From Tubiluchus corallicola (Eukaryota; Animalia; Priapulida): a DNA stretch of 64,000 bases. The notes under the pieces are model-generated. The model saw nothing but the letters and a program-made list of their open reading frames with translations. It ran no database searches and had not been told where the DNA came from. The DNA is taken from positions 1 through 64,000 of the forward strand of contig JAQGDQ010000838.1 of the NCBI GenBank assembly GCA_030141605.1, read 5' to 3'. The translations under genes were made by a program, and so were the position numbers. Positions 1-14,035 of this stretch are shown in pieces; within the stretch, counting starts at the first letter, position 1; each line of letters begins with the position of its first letter.

Positions 1-425
1 ATTTTGTTTTAAAATGTTTCAGTTCTAAGATATAATTACAAAAAAACGAACTATATATGTGTGATTTTGTTTTAAAATGTTTCAGTTCTAAGATATAATT
101 ACAAAAAAACGAACTATATATGTGTGATTTTGTTTCAAAATGTTTCAGTTCTAAGATATAATTACAAAAAACGAACTATATATGTGTGATTTTGTTTTAA
201 AATGTTTCAGTTCTAAGATATAATTACAAAAAAACGAACTATATATGTGTGATTTTGTTTCAAAATGTTTCAGTTCTAAGATATAATTACAAAAAAACGA
301 ACTATATATGTGTGATTTTGTTTCAAAATGTTTCAGTTCTAAGATATAATTACAAAAAAACGAACTATATATGTGTGATTTTGTTTTAAAATGTTTCAGT
401 TTTGGATGTAATTACAAAAAAACCC
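1..425. repeat. 63-bp tandem satellite array (first copy, runs off the window start)
   Basis: Unit attttgttttaaaatgtttcagttctaagatataattacaaaaaaacgaactatatatgtgtg repeats about 6.5 times. Confidence 0.95.
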
Positions 426-2316
426 AACATATATATAACTAACATCACTTATCTAAATTAAATACTATATGTGTATGCAACTACATTAAATTTGTGTTTA
501 TGTACATTTATGTTGTACCATTGGGTTTATACGTCAAAGTTTGATGTTCTGTCTTTAGTTTAAATTATTGAATGTGACTTGTATTCTTAGTATATGATTT
601 TATAGCGTTATATATGTATGTAATTATATCTTTGTAATCAGTGTGTGTATAATGTGAATTGTAATTGTAACGGTAATTATCTAATAAAATATGAAAACAT
701 GAAAAATATGATTCAAATCTCTTAACTGTGAAGCTTTGAAATTGTTTTCTGCCATTAGTTTAAACAATATTTTATCAATCATAAGTACATTTATAACAAA
801 AACAATGGGTACTTAATCAGACGCTGATTCGTTACTCTGTTTCAGAGAGTAGGTACGTCACTTATAAATTTAGTAGGCACACGATTACAAGAACTGTTAG
901 TTATTCGTTAAGTAAGACTGAAATTGAGAAGGTTTGTAACTTGTTGTTTGAATAGCGGGTGTGCGAAAGGGTGGGACAAGTTGGTTATGACGTGTTTGAT
1001 GTTGACGTTAAACTATAAAAATAGAATGAGTGATGACGAAGCTAATGAAAGAAAGAGGAAAGTGCTGGGGTCAGGGGGACGCAAAAGTATAAATAATTCG
1101 CCCTGTAAGGTAGAATTCAGAGTTTATTAATGTGCTACAGATTTAATTTAATTAATTAGAGCGCCCACTTTGTATTACAAACGAAATGACAGCAGATACT
1201 ACAGCATTGTTAGAATCAGGAGACAGTGAGGTATCGCCTCATAGTAGTATTTGGATATGATTCCAAGTGAAAGCATAGTTTTCTGCCAATATGTCAGTTT
1301 GCAGGTTGTGTTTGCCAATTTGCGAGTAACGTAACAAAATCTTTGTGTTTGTAACTGCATGCCCACATTTTAATTAGCAGTAATGTACAGCCGTGATGCA
1401 AGAAGGTAGATAACTCTTAATGCTTCTATCTAAAAATACTTTCGGTGATAAAACTGAACAACTTTGCGCAGCTGTGCTTAACAAATACAGAACTGAATTT
1501 ACTATGACATCTATTCTGTTGTGAGACGCAAGCGGTGGCTATATAACTAAATGGTCAAACAGTGTTACTATGGAACAGAATGGAAAAAATTACGACAACG
1601 AATACAACTAATACGTCAATCAGTTATAATAATAATTCGTGAAGTTGTTAAAAGACGGAAGAAGGAGCAAGTAGACTGGCATTTACTGATTTACTCTTTG
1701 ACCCCCAAAAACATTCTTAATATAGACCAAAAAACATACTCTTAGTATATGTTAAGTTAATATATTAAGTATAATAAGTACATGTTAAGTATATAAGTTA
1801 AATTAATATATGATCTATATGTTGAGAGTCCAGTATAACAAGTACATGTTAAGTATATAAGTTAAATTAATATATGTTCTATATGTTGAGAGTCAATTTA
1901 TTGAGTGTAAGCCATTCAGTAACATAAAACTCTAAATTTATTTAATTATTGTCAACAAAGAAGGTATTTGTGTCCTCTGCAAAGGAAGACGAGCTTTATT
2001 ACTACAAAGAGGCATGTTATTTACATACAAAAGAAATAAAAGTGGACCTAAAAAGAAATAAAAGTGGACCTAATGTTGATCCCTGAGGGAAATCGACTAT
2101 TTTAAGGAGTTTGGAGCATTGATATTGATATCCATCTACTTCAGTGCGTTGGATACAACTTCAACATGTTGTTTGATGTTTGTTTACCTCAAGTTGATGA
2201 TGTCTCACCATAACTCATAAGCCGTTTGTAAATAAGATGTTTGTTTTAGTAGGTGATAGTTGCTTTTATCATCTTTGTTTTCAGGAAAATTGTATGTGGC
2301 GGCATAAGAGTTTCGT
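401..2316. repeat. Segmental duplication copy 1 (matches ~7840-9690)
   Basis: Near-identical sequence from tttggatgtaattac to cggcataagagtt at an initial offset of 7439 bp, with small indels. Confidence 0.95.
1880..2165 (-). mobile_element. Degenerate LINE reverse-transcriptase fragment (second copy ~9290-9540)
   Basis: Minus strand reads FPQGSTLGPLLFLLYVNNMP in the second copy, resembling the non-LTR RT motif PQGSxLGPLLF; this copy has a 21-bp internal duplication. Confidence 0.6.
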
Positions 2317-2970
2317 TACACTAAAAATACTACAATAAATGCTACATTACAATAAAAGCTACATTACACTAAAAATACTACAATAAAAGCTACTTTACAC
2401 TAAAAATACTACAATAAATGCTACATTACACTAAAAAATACTACTAGAAAAGCTACATTACACAAAAAATACTACAATAAAAGCTACATTACACAAAAAT
2501 GCTACATAAAAGTTACATTACACTAAAAATACTACAATAAAAGCTACATTACACTAAAATACTGCAATAAAAGCTACATTACACTAAAAATACTACAATA
2601 AAAGCTACATTACACTAAAACACTACAATAAAAGGTACATTACACTAAAAATATTACAATAAAAGCTACATTACACTAAAAATACTACAATAAAAGCTAC
2701 ATTACACTAAAAATACTACAATAAAAGCTACATTACACTAAAAATACTACAATAAAAGCTACATTACACTAAAAAATACTACAATAAAAGCTACATTACA
2801 CTAAAAATACTACAATAAAAGCTACATTACACTAAAAATACTACAATAAAAGCTACATTACACTAAAATACCACAAAAAAGCTACATTAGACTAAAATAC
2901 CACAATAAAAGCTACATTACACTAAAAAATACTACAATGAAAGCTACATTACACTAAAAAATACTACTAT
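2317..2970. repeat. ~31-bp minisatellite
   Basis: Unit acactaaaaatactacaataaaagctacatt repeated about 21 times. Confidence 0.95.
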
Positions 2971-3204
2971 ATACAATACATTCAGTAAAAAAACTTTCGT
3001 GGCTGCCACGTTCATTGATTATTATTTACAAACAGTCTACTGTTCCACATTTTAAAATAACTATATGGTATAATTCGTACGGAACTGACAAAAGTTAGCA
3101 GATGTTTTTTTGGATAAACAATTAAAACAAGTTCCAAAGAGTTTTTGGACCGCCTGTAAATAACAATCTACAACTACATAACAGAGACTATTATTACCCC
3201 ACTT

Positions 3205-3325
3205 TTACCCTAAATAACCCTCACCAGACAGGGCAACACCAGGTACCATTTTTAAAGTTTTTAACCCGGGCGGCAGTATCGGACTCACGACTTCGCAGAC
3301 GGAAAGCGGACGCGTCACCATTAGA
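3205..3325 (-). mobile_element. tRNA-derived SINE head fragment
   Basis: Minus strand has box A-like tctaatgg and box B-like gagtccgatac, followed by aaaaactttaaaaatggtacc. Confidence 0.5.
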
Positions 3326-3825
3326 TTAAACCTACTAAACAAAACCACTAGACTAGATCTGATAAAGTAATTCCTTATCATCTCATTCTCATTTAGCCTA
3401 CGTTTCAATACGCTTTTAATGGTTCTGATGAATATTTATGGTAATTTTCGTTTTTTACTACTTTTCCAAAGGCAAGTTTAAAAAACAGTTTAAACGCAAC
3501 AATTTTAGTCAGGAATTTAAATGTTTTACAAGTTCAATCTAAGGGAGAGACGTATTCATTTAGTAGTAGTAGTTAGTAACATCTCTATTTGGCATATTGA
3601 GAATCATAACAGAATATTAGGATGCTTAATTAGTGATAGTTGAAAATTAGTGACACTGCTGAAGGCAAATGCGTCAGTGCAAAAATTAAACTATAGGTGC
3701 AAACAAAAAATATATAATATTATATATAATATATATAATGACAATAAAATAAAACTTTAAACTTAAACTTTACATATTTTACGAGTAAAAACAAGGAAGT
3801 CACAAACGCCAATTGATGATACAGT

Positions 3826-4152
3826 TGGTCTGTAATAATTCTTACACTACTGAGTTAATAATTCCACACAGCGGATACTACGCTCTCTGGTAACAATTAT
3901 TTTTGCTTTTTCTTTTTTGAAGGCAGCTAACAGTGAACGCATTCCTTACGTACACACGCACATTCACACACACACGCACACACACACATGCACACGCACA
4001 CATGATTTTGCAAAGATATATCAAGAAGTAATGCTTCTGAGGCTTTGCTGCCAATTGATGATACAGTTGGTCTGTAATAATTTTTACATTACTCAGTTAG
4101 TAATTCCACATAGCGGATACTACGCTCTCTGGTAACAATTATTTTTGCCTTT
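3826..4152. repeat. Local duplication of ~105 bp separated by a CA-rich tract
   Basis: gccaattgatgatacagttggtctg...gaaggcagctaac occurs twice. Confidence 0.8.
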
Positions 4153-5066
4153 TCTTTTTTGAAGGCAGCTAACATTCATGTCACTAGTCTTTCAGAGCGA
4201 AACTCATTATCAAACGATATGGTTGTGGGAGTTTAGAATCAAAATCTCTCTTTACTGCATCTTGACGAAATCAGTTAATTGAAAAAATAGTCTGTACGAG
4301 TTGAGAGCAGAAAAAATAGGTTTAGCGTTTGCATGGTCGATAACTGTGTTGAATGATGATTAAAAAATTTCTAATTGGCGTAGTTGATATCGCTTTAAGT
4401 TACCTACCTGGTGAGTTTTCCACAAAATTAGTCCACTGGTTTAGAAAAAGTTTTTTACTGCTGTCCTTGCAGACATTGTGCTAAACTCGACTGTTTAGTA
4501 GAACCTTTTTGCGTCAACTCAGTAGAGCTGAAACTCATAGAGGCATAAACTCATTTAGTCATGTTATCAACAAAACAAAGCAAACAAAACAAAGCATACG
4601 AAAGAAAAGTTATTCTTTTATCACTCGTAGCATTGTATATCATTGACATGACAGAAAAGCAGTTTCTTCTGCATCTACTTCAACCACAGCAACATCATAA
4701 GATTTGACGACTAAACTTGAATCACGATAATGCGCATGCGAGTTGACGTGGGTTGCGTAAACAGCACGATTATCTATTGCGCAGTGCTGTTCGGAGAAGT
4801 AATACGTTTCACACGCACAGAGCTTAGAAATTCGACACACGCAGGTGACTTGCTGTTGACACGCGACGGACTTTTTCGTTTGCTACATGACAGATAAATG
4901 CAATTAACTCTCTTACACGCCAATGAAATAGAAAAATTGACGTGCTAGTAAACGAACGAGTTTCATCACAACTTATCCCGCTTGCTATAAACTATAAGTA
5001 TATATATATTCAGTCAGTGAAAGATACTGTACACAATGCGATCCAAACGAAGAAGAAATAAAGACG

Positions 5067-5246
5067 AACTGTAGTAGACATGAGCGACTAAGAAACACTC
5101 TTTATACAGAAATTAGCTCTCTATATCCAAACTTTACTTACTTATCAGATGATGACAAACTAAAATTATTATTAGGCTCAAACGATTCTGAAATACTCCA
5201 AATTGCTTATAATTTTGTTTTAAAATGTTTCAGTTCTAAGATATAA
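5067..5246 (+). mobile_element. C-terminus of a LINE (CR1/L2-like) ORF2
   Basis: Open frame NCSRHERLRNTLYTEISSLYPNFTYLSDDDKLKLLLGSNDSEILQIAYNFVLKCFSSKI* resembles non-LTR ORF2 C-termini; its last codons are the first satellite unit. Confidence 0.65.
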
Positions 5247-7864
5247 TTACAAAAAAACGAACTATATATGTGTGATTTTGTTTTAAAATGTTTCAGTTCT
5301 AAGATATAATTACAAAAAAACGAACTATATATGTGTGATTTTGTTTCAAAATGTTTCAGTTCTAAGATATAATTACAAAAAAACGAACTATATATGTGTG
5401 ATTTTGTTTTAAAATGTTTCAGTTCTAAGATATAATTACAAAAAAACGAACTATATATGTGTGATTTTGTTTTAAAATGTTTCAGTTCTAAGATATAATT
5501 ACAAAAAAACGAACTATATATGTGTGATTTTGTTTTAAAATGTTTCAGTTCTAAGATATAATTACAAAAAAACGAACTATATATGTGTGATTTTGTTTTA
5601 AAATGTTTCAGTTCTAAGATATAATTACAAAAAAACGAACTATATATGTGTGATTTTGTTTTAAAATGTTTCAGTTCTAAGATATAATTACAAAAAAACG
5701 AACTATATATGTGTGATTTTGTTTTAAAATGTTTCAGTTCTAAGATATAATTACAAAAAAACGAACTATATATGTGTGATTTTGTTTTAAAATGTTTCAG
5801 TTCTAAGATATAATTACAAAAAAACGAACTATATTGTGTGATTTTGTTTCAAAATGTTTCAGTTCTAAGATATAATTACAAAAACGAACTATATATGTGT
5901 GATTTTGTTTTAAAATGTTTCAGTTCTAAGATATAATTACAAAAAAACGAACTATATATGTGATTTTGTTTTAAAATGTTTCAGTTCTAAGATATAATTA
6001 CAAAAAAACGAACTATATGTGTGATTTTGTTTCAAAATGTTTCAGTTCTAAGATATATTACAAAAAACGAACTATATATGTGTGATTTTGTTTTAAAATG
6101 TTTCAGTTCTAAGATATAATTACAAAAAACGAACTATATATGTGTGATTTTGTTTTAAAATGTTTCAGTTCTAAGATATAATTACAAAAAAACGAACTAT
6201 ATATGTGTGATTTTGTTTCAAAATGTTTCAGTTCTAAGATATAATTACAAAAAAACGAACTATATATGTGTGATTTTGTTTTAAAATGTTTCAGTTCTAA
6301 GATATAATTACAAAAACGAACTATATATGTGATTTTGTTTTAAAATGTTTCAGTTCTAAGATATAATTACAAAAAAACGAACTATATATGTGTGATTTTG
6401 TTTCAAAATGTTTCAGTTCTAAGATATAATTACAAAAAAACGAACTATATATGTGTGATTTTGTTTTAAAATGTTTCAGTTCTAAGATATAATTACAAAA
6501 AACGAACTATGTGTGATTTTGTTTTAAAATGTTTCAGTTCTAAGATATAATTACAAAAAACGAACTATATATGTGTGATTTTGTTTTAAAATGTTTCAGT
6601 TCTAAGATATAATTACAAAAACGAACTATATATGGATTTGTTTTAAAATGTTTCAGTTCTAAGATATAATTACAAAACGAACTATATATGTGTGATTTTG
6701 TTTTAAAATGTTTCAATTCTAAGATATAATTACAAAAAAACGAACTATATATGTGTGATTTTGTTTTAAAATGTTTCAGTTCTAAGATATAATTACAAAA
6801 AAACGAACTATATATGTGTGATTTTGTTTTAAAATGTTTCAGTTCTAAGATATAATTACAAAAAACGAACTATATATGTGTGATTTTGTTTTAAATGTTT
6901 CAGTTCTAAGATATAATTACAAAAACGAACTATATATGTGTGATGTTTTAAAATGTTTCAGTTCTAAGATATAATTACAAAAAAACGAACTATATATGTG
7001 ATTTTGTTTCAAAATGTTTCAGTTCTAAGATATAATTACAAAAAACGAACTATATATGTGTGATTTTGTTTTAAAATGTTTCAGTTCTAAGATATAATTA
7101 CAAAAACGAACTATATATGTGTGATTTTGTTTTAAAATGTTTCAGTTCTAAGATATAATTACAAAAAACGAACTATATATGTGTGATTTTGTTTTAAAAT
7201 GTTTCAGTTCTAAGATATAATTACAAAAAAACGAACTATATATGTGTGATTTTGTTTTAAAATGTTTCAGTTCTAAGATATAATTACAAAAAAACGAACT
7301 ATATATGTGTGATTTTGTTTTAAAATGTTTCAGTTCTAGGATATAATTACAAAAAAAAACGAACTATATATGTGTGATTTTGTTTCAAAATGTTTCAGTT
7401 CTAAGATATAATTACAAAAAAACGAACTATATATGTGTGATTTTGTTTTAAAATGTTTCAGTTCTAAGATATAATTACAAAAAAACGAACTATATATGTG
7501 TGATTTTGTTTTAAAATGTTTCAGTTCTAAGATATAATTACAAAAAAACGAACTATATATGTGTGATTTTGTTTCAAAATGTTTCAGTTCTAAGATATAA
7601 TTACAAAAAAACGAACTATATATGTGTGATTTTGTTTTAAAATGTTTCAGTTCTAGGATATAATTACAAAAAACGAACTATATATGTGTGATTTTGTTTC
7701 AAAATGTTTCAGTTCTAAGATATAATTACAAAAAAACGAACTATATATGTGTGATTTTGTTTCAAAATGTTTCAGTTCTAAGATATAATTACAAAAAAAC
7801 GAACTATATATGTGTGATTTTGTTTTAAAATGTTTCAGTTTTGGATGTAATTACAAAAAAACCC
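5212..7864. repeat. 63-bp tandem satellite array (~42 units)
   Basis: Same unit as 1-425, highly homogeneous with homopolymer-length variants. Confidence 0.97.
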
Positions 7865-9690
7865 AACATATATATAACTAACATCACTTATCTAAATTAA
7901 ATACTATATGTGTATGCAACTACATTAAATTTGTGTTTATGTACATTTATGTTGTACCATTGGGTTTATACGTCAAAGTTTGATGTTCTGTCTTTAGTTT
8001 AAATTATTGAATGTGACTTGTATTCTTAGTATATGATTTTATAGCGTTATATATGTATGTAATTATACCTTTGTAATCAGTGTGTGTATAATGTGAATTG
8101 TAATTGTAACGGTAATTATCTAATAAAATATGAAAACATGAAAAATATGATTCAAATCTCTTAACTGTGAAGCTTTGAAATTGTTTTCTGCCATTAGTTT
8201 AAACAATATTTTATCAATCATAAGTACATTTATAACAAAAACAATGGGTACTTAATCAGACGCTGATTCATTACTCTGTTTCAGAGAGTAGGTACGTCAC
8301 TTATAAATTTAGTAGGCACACGATTACAAGAACTGTTAGTTATTCATTAAGTAAGACTGAAATTGAGAAGGTTTGTAACTTGTTGTTTGAATAGCGGGTA
8401 TGCGAAAGGGTGGGTTATGACATGTTTGATGTTGATGTTAAGCTACAAGAATAGAATGAGTGATGATGAAGCTAATGAAAGAAAGAGGAAAGTGCTGGGG
8501 TCAGGGGGACGCAAAAGTATAAATAATTCGCCTTGTAAGGTAGAATTCAGAGATTATTAATGTGCTATAGATTTAATTTTATTAATTAAAGCGCCCACTT
8601 TGTATTATAAACGAAATGACAGCAGATACTACAGCATTGTTAGAATCAGGAGACAGTGAAGTATCCGCCAAATAGCAGTTTCTGCCAGTATGTCAGTTTG
8701 CAGGTCGTGTTTTGCCAATTTGCGAGTAACGTAACAAAATCTTTGTGTTTGTAACTGCATGCCCACAATTTAATTAGCAGTAATGTACAGCCGTGATGCA
8801 AGAAGGTAGATAAGTCTTAATGCTTCTATCTAAAAATACTTTCGGTGATAAAACTTTGCGCAGCTGTGCTTAACAAATACAGCACTGAATTTACTATGAC
8901 ATCTATTCTGTTGTGAGACACAAGCGGTGGCTATATATCTAAATGATCACACAGTGTTACTATGGAACAGAATGGAAAAAATTACGACAGCGAATACAAC
9001 TAATACGTCAATCAGTTATAATAATAATTCGTGAAGTTGTTAAAAGACGGAAGAAGGAGTAAGTAGACTGGCATTTACTGATTTACTCTTTGACCCTAAA
9101 AAACATTCTTAATAAGACCCAAAAACATACTCTTAGTATATGTTAAGTTAATATATGAAGTATATTAAGTATAATAAGTACATGTTAAGTATACAAGTTA
9201 AATTAATATATGATCTATATGTTGAGAGTCCAGTATAACAAGTACATGTTAAGTATATAAGTTAAATTAATATATGTTCTATATGTTGAGAGTCAATTTA
9301 TTGAGTGTAAGCCATTCAGTAACATAAAACTCTAAATTTATTTAATTATTGTCAACAAAGAAGGTATTTGTGTCCTCTGCAAAGGAAGACGAGCTTTATT
9401 ACTACAAAGAGGCATGTTATTTACATACAAAAGAAATAAAAGTGGACCTAATGTTGATCCCTGAGGGAAATCGACTATTTTAAGGAGTTTGGAGCATTGA
9501 TATTGATATCCATCTACTTCAGTGCCTTGGATGCAACTTCAACATGTTGTTTGATGTTTGTTTACCTCAAGTTGATCATGTCTCACCATAACTCACAAGC
9601 CGTTTGTAAATAAGATGTTTGTTTTAGTAGGTGATAGTTGCTTTTATCATCTTTGTTTTCAGGAAAATTGTATGTGGCGGCATAAGAGTT
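7840..9690. repeat. Segmental duplication copy 2
   Basis: Matches 401-2316. Confidence 0.95.
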
Positions 9691-11171
9691 CGTTCTTGTG
9701 TCTCTGGCATACTGGGCATCAAAGCCAAGCTGATCCGCTCGGTAATAAGAGGCTCGTGCAACATCTGGAGAAAGTACCTGCGAGCGTGATGATACAATGG
9801 CCAACAGGAAAGAAGGGAGTATACTCCCGTCGCCTCTGGCACAGGATGATGCATCCTAGGGCAACCTGGAAGCGACACAGGTGGTACGATCGACGCCTGT
9901 GAAATTCCGTCTGATCTACGCTCAAACTTTTATGTAATCAGTTGGGCAGAACAATAACTTTTTCATCTTTAGCTTTTTGCTGTTTGTTACGCTTCTTTTG
10001 ATAACGGTTTCATAAAGTATTCGCTTGATGTATACGACACTACTTCCTGGAGTTTGGGGGACAGAGTGTCTTTTGGACCAAAACTATAACTACTGCTGAC
10101 ATCCTTCAGTGAGCGAGTTGTGTGAGCATGTTACACAGAACTGTCCTCCAACGCAAAGCTGGCGGTGACAGAAAGTCGGATACATCTTCGGTGGAAAAAA
10201 GGATGTGGGTCCATTGAAATGTCAACTGCTATCTGCGCCTGTGCTTTTCTCTGCAAAAGAAAGTATTATTAAAGACTGTAATTAGCTGGTTACAATTACT
10301 AACTACGTAGATTAAGCAGGTTTTGCAGTTGAATCGTTGAAAAATAAGGATTGTGTTAGTTTAAACATAATTTATTATAGGATCGGATTAGACAGTTTGA
10401 ACAACATGATTTAGGATCCTCACCACAACAGACTTTATACACTATTTACAAGAACATTTACAGTAAGAATGGACTATACCTACATAAGCTGACAAGTTTT
10501 ACTACAAGAATACATTAGTCATTAGTAGAAAATGACGGTTAGAAAATATTAATGTACGATTATTTAAGACTGATGCATTTAATATCAAATAGAAATTACC
10601 GGAAGCGTTTAATACGTAATATAAAGTTATGTATGCACTGGAATATTTTACAGTTAAGCAGTTAATTTAACAACATAGTTAAATTAGTCTTTTCCGAATA
10701 ATAACAACTTCAATAGATCATTATTTCCTAAGGTAGCTAAGGTATACATGTATTGGGAAAGGTATTGGCTTCATGTAAGGACTGTATTGTCAACACGCTG
10801 TTTAGGTGAGGAGGTACCTGAATTTGTACCAGCATGTAATAGCTGGTAGAGTTTCGATTAATATGAAAGCCTTGCAGAGGAAAAGGTGTTTGCAGTTGCT
10901 CTTTATCCAGGTGAAAAAGACCCTGTTATCAAATGCGTGTATGTACACAATGTGCAAATTAATGACGAATAAATATTACCCACAATTGTATGCAGATAGG
11001 TAAACAAAAATATAAACTTGAGAACTGCAGACTGATTAACATCACTGATAATTATGGTACAGCATGTAATGATTGATACTCGTAATTCTAGAGGTGCAAT
11101 CGACATGGTAAACCTGTCAATACAATCCACAATCCATTTATTAAATAAACAAAATCATTTTATCTTATCTT

Positions 11172-11485
11172 ACCTTGTCTTGTCTTGTCTTGTCTTGTCT
11201 CGTCTCGTCTCGTCTCGTCTCGTCTCGTCTCGTCTCGTCTCGTCTCCTCTCCTCTCCTCTCCTCTCCTCTCCTCTCCTCTCCTCTCCTCTCTTCTCTTCT
11301 CTTCTCTTCTCTTCTCTTCTCTTCTCTTCTCTTCTCTTCCCTTCTCTTGTCTTGTCTTCCCTTCCCTTCTCTTTTCTTTTGTTCTCTCCTCTTCTCTCCT
11401 CTCCTCTCCTCTCCTCTCCTCTCCTCTCCTCTCATGTCATCATCTCATCTCATCTCATCTCACCTTACCTCACCCTACCTTACCT
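11172..11485. repeat. Compound pentanucleotide microsatellite
   Basis: (TCTTG)n,(TCTCG)n,(TCTCC)n,(TCTTC)n blocks. Confidence 0.95.
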
Positions 11486-11606
11486 TCCAAATTTTTAACT
11501 CTTGCTGAAAGTGCTGATGTACTGCTGTTTCATCAAGCGGGGAACAAACTATTTGTTCTCTCTCTATCTTTCTCAATTCTTTTTTCCTCCAATTCTAATC
11601 TTTCAT

Positions 11607-11646
<40 letters not shown>

Positions 11647-13349
11647 CAGTTGTGGTTGAAGGAGATGTATCCTTCAACCACAACTGCTAATCCATCGGTT
11701 CCACACACCTACGTTCATCAACTGACTCTGAATCCTTGCTTGCTTCCTCACCAGGTCTCCGTCTCCTAAATTCTCCTCCTACAAGCCTTGTTATTTAAAC
11801 CACAAGAAAACCCGCCACTTACATACTGCCTTTTTGCATATAGGGCTTGTGTCGGCAGTAATGCTGCATAAAACATGTAAATTTAAACTTCCGCAGTGAC
11901 CGTTAGATGCAGCCATTTTGACGACAAGTTATTTGAACAAGTTTAGATAACACAAAATAAAGTTTGAAAAAATAACACGTCACTAACTGCGTAAAATTTA
12001 AAATTACTGTATCTTGTCAATAAGATTAAAAATACGTCTTGGTTAGTGAGTGGTGCGCCTGGAAGTGAGTCAACGACATTTTACCAATTGGTGAAAATGT
12101 TTTAAATGATATGTAATTTTGTTTTCTAGTTACATCAGCAGGTATGCGAAACGGTATGTAATAAAACTTTGTGAGGAAAGTTTTTTGGGACATAGTTCAA
12201 CATTTCCTTTTCTTCACCTGAATTACGTTGTGTGTATATGACGTCATGTAATGGCGCGGCCGGAACAGTATTGTTAGAGATTTAAAATTGTGCTACCTTC
12301 TTATAAAAAATCTCCAACAACATAATTGTGTAGCTTGTATCGTGTAATCTGAAAACAAATAAGATAATTTTATGTAATTTTGATCAATTTTACGGCGAAA
12401 TCTAAACCAAATTGATCTAATTAACTTTAACAAAGTTTTACGCAAATTATAAAATCTAATCTCTAGTCTAATTAATCTAATCTTTTTAATAAACAAAGGT
12501 TCAAGATTTAAGAAATTACTAAATCAACTTACATGGTGATCTTCTATAAGTGTAATTATGAAATTATAACAACGAATCAATGAATGACGCTAAACAATCT
12601 GTCACTGCAGTGTGTGAATGCCTGAGCGACTCCAATCTACAGGTAAAAGACCGGTCACATGAGGAAACCAATTTATAACAGAAAAGAGGGGCAATACAAG
12701 TTTAAATCAGCACAAAAATGAAAACAAATAAAAAATCCTTTAAAGACGAGTACGATATGCGCTTAAAATTGCTATAAAGTAATATAATCTTTTAAGGCGA
12801 TTTTTCTGAAACCTACTTCAGGTACCCCTTTTACTTCAAGTACCCCTTTTACTTCAGGCACCCCTTTTCTTGTCTTTTAAGTTAATAGATTAGCGGCTGC
12901 TGCAATTCGATCTTTTCATTCTTTATCTTTCATCTAGTTCCACGTTCCATCTTTCATCTAGCACTGATTGCCTGAGTTGTCTTTCTTTCGTTTCATTAAC
13001 TTATCAACTTGGAGATGCTACAAATCCTTCAATGTCCGCCATGATGCTGTCAGAAAAATAATTAACCCACTATATATTTGATATATTTCTTGATTAAATA
13101 TCAGTACAAATTGTTACCGTCATTTATATAACACATACGCTCACAAAACTACAATTAAAACATTGATAGAAACACAAGAAAGAAAACATTAACCTATTTA
13201 CAAACATCACATATTGATGTATAAAATCCATATTTTAAAAATATAATAAAACATAAAAATAATATAAACACCGAATATATCAATAAAGAATAAAGACATA
13301 GATATTTAGAGTAATGCATAAATTGAGAAACATTGATGAAAATCTATTC

Positions 13350-14035
13350 TAGTTTACCCGTACGTAATATATGGTGGTGTATATAAAAGTAATCTGGAAG
13401 CTTTACAAATTACCAAGAACAGAATTCTCAAACTAATATATCATGTAAGGTATGACCATCTCACAAATATAATTTACTTGTCAGTTAAAACTCTTAAAGT
13501 GAAAGAAATGTATGACTTGTATTGTCTTCATTTCATGTATCAGTATCATAATTCACTACTTCCACCAGCTTTTCAGTCATACTTTAGTCCAGTTTCAAAT
13601 CAACATGATCATTACACAAGTTATTCAGTCGGAAACTATGTACTCCCTCTTCCAAAAACAAATATAATGAAACAGTCATCAAAATATAATGCTATTAAAA
13701 TATGGTCATCAATTCCGCGCGAAATGAAAACTCTTTATCAATTTAAAAAAAGCATGAAAGAATTACGTACTGCAACGGTATACTTAACTCACAATTTTAC
13801 TCATCCTGATCTTAAGTTACTAACAAAACTTATTTTGTTCTAATGTACGTTATAACTGATGAAAATACTATGTAATGTTAATTGTCAATTGTTACACTTA
13901 TCTGGAGGAGGACTCGAAAGCTCAATGCTCCTTCCTCCTCCTCACAGTCACTCGTTTATTATAATGTAATAACAATTTGTGTGTATGTTTATATATGTTT
14001 ATATCTACGATTAGAAGTTAAATAAATTCATAATT
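13350..14035 (+). mobile_element. 5'-truncated LINE (CR1/L2-like) 3' end
   Basis: ORF 13478-13843 has FMYQYHNSLLPPAFQSYF and AIKIWSSIP (WNxLP-like), followed by a 3'UTR ending in aataaa and short repeats. Confidence 0.75.

Noticed and set aside
5212-7864. CRISPR-like array
   Set aside because: Units are head-to-tail with no unique spacers, there are no cas genes, and the context is eukaryotic.
11054-11659. Long ORFs in low-complexity DNA (also 18123-18596, 19066-19794, 31470-32018, 37829-38509, 41504-41812)
   Set aside because: They are translations of micro/minisatellites.
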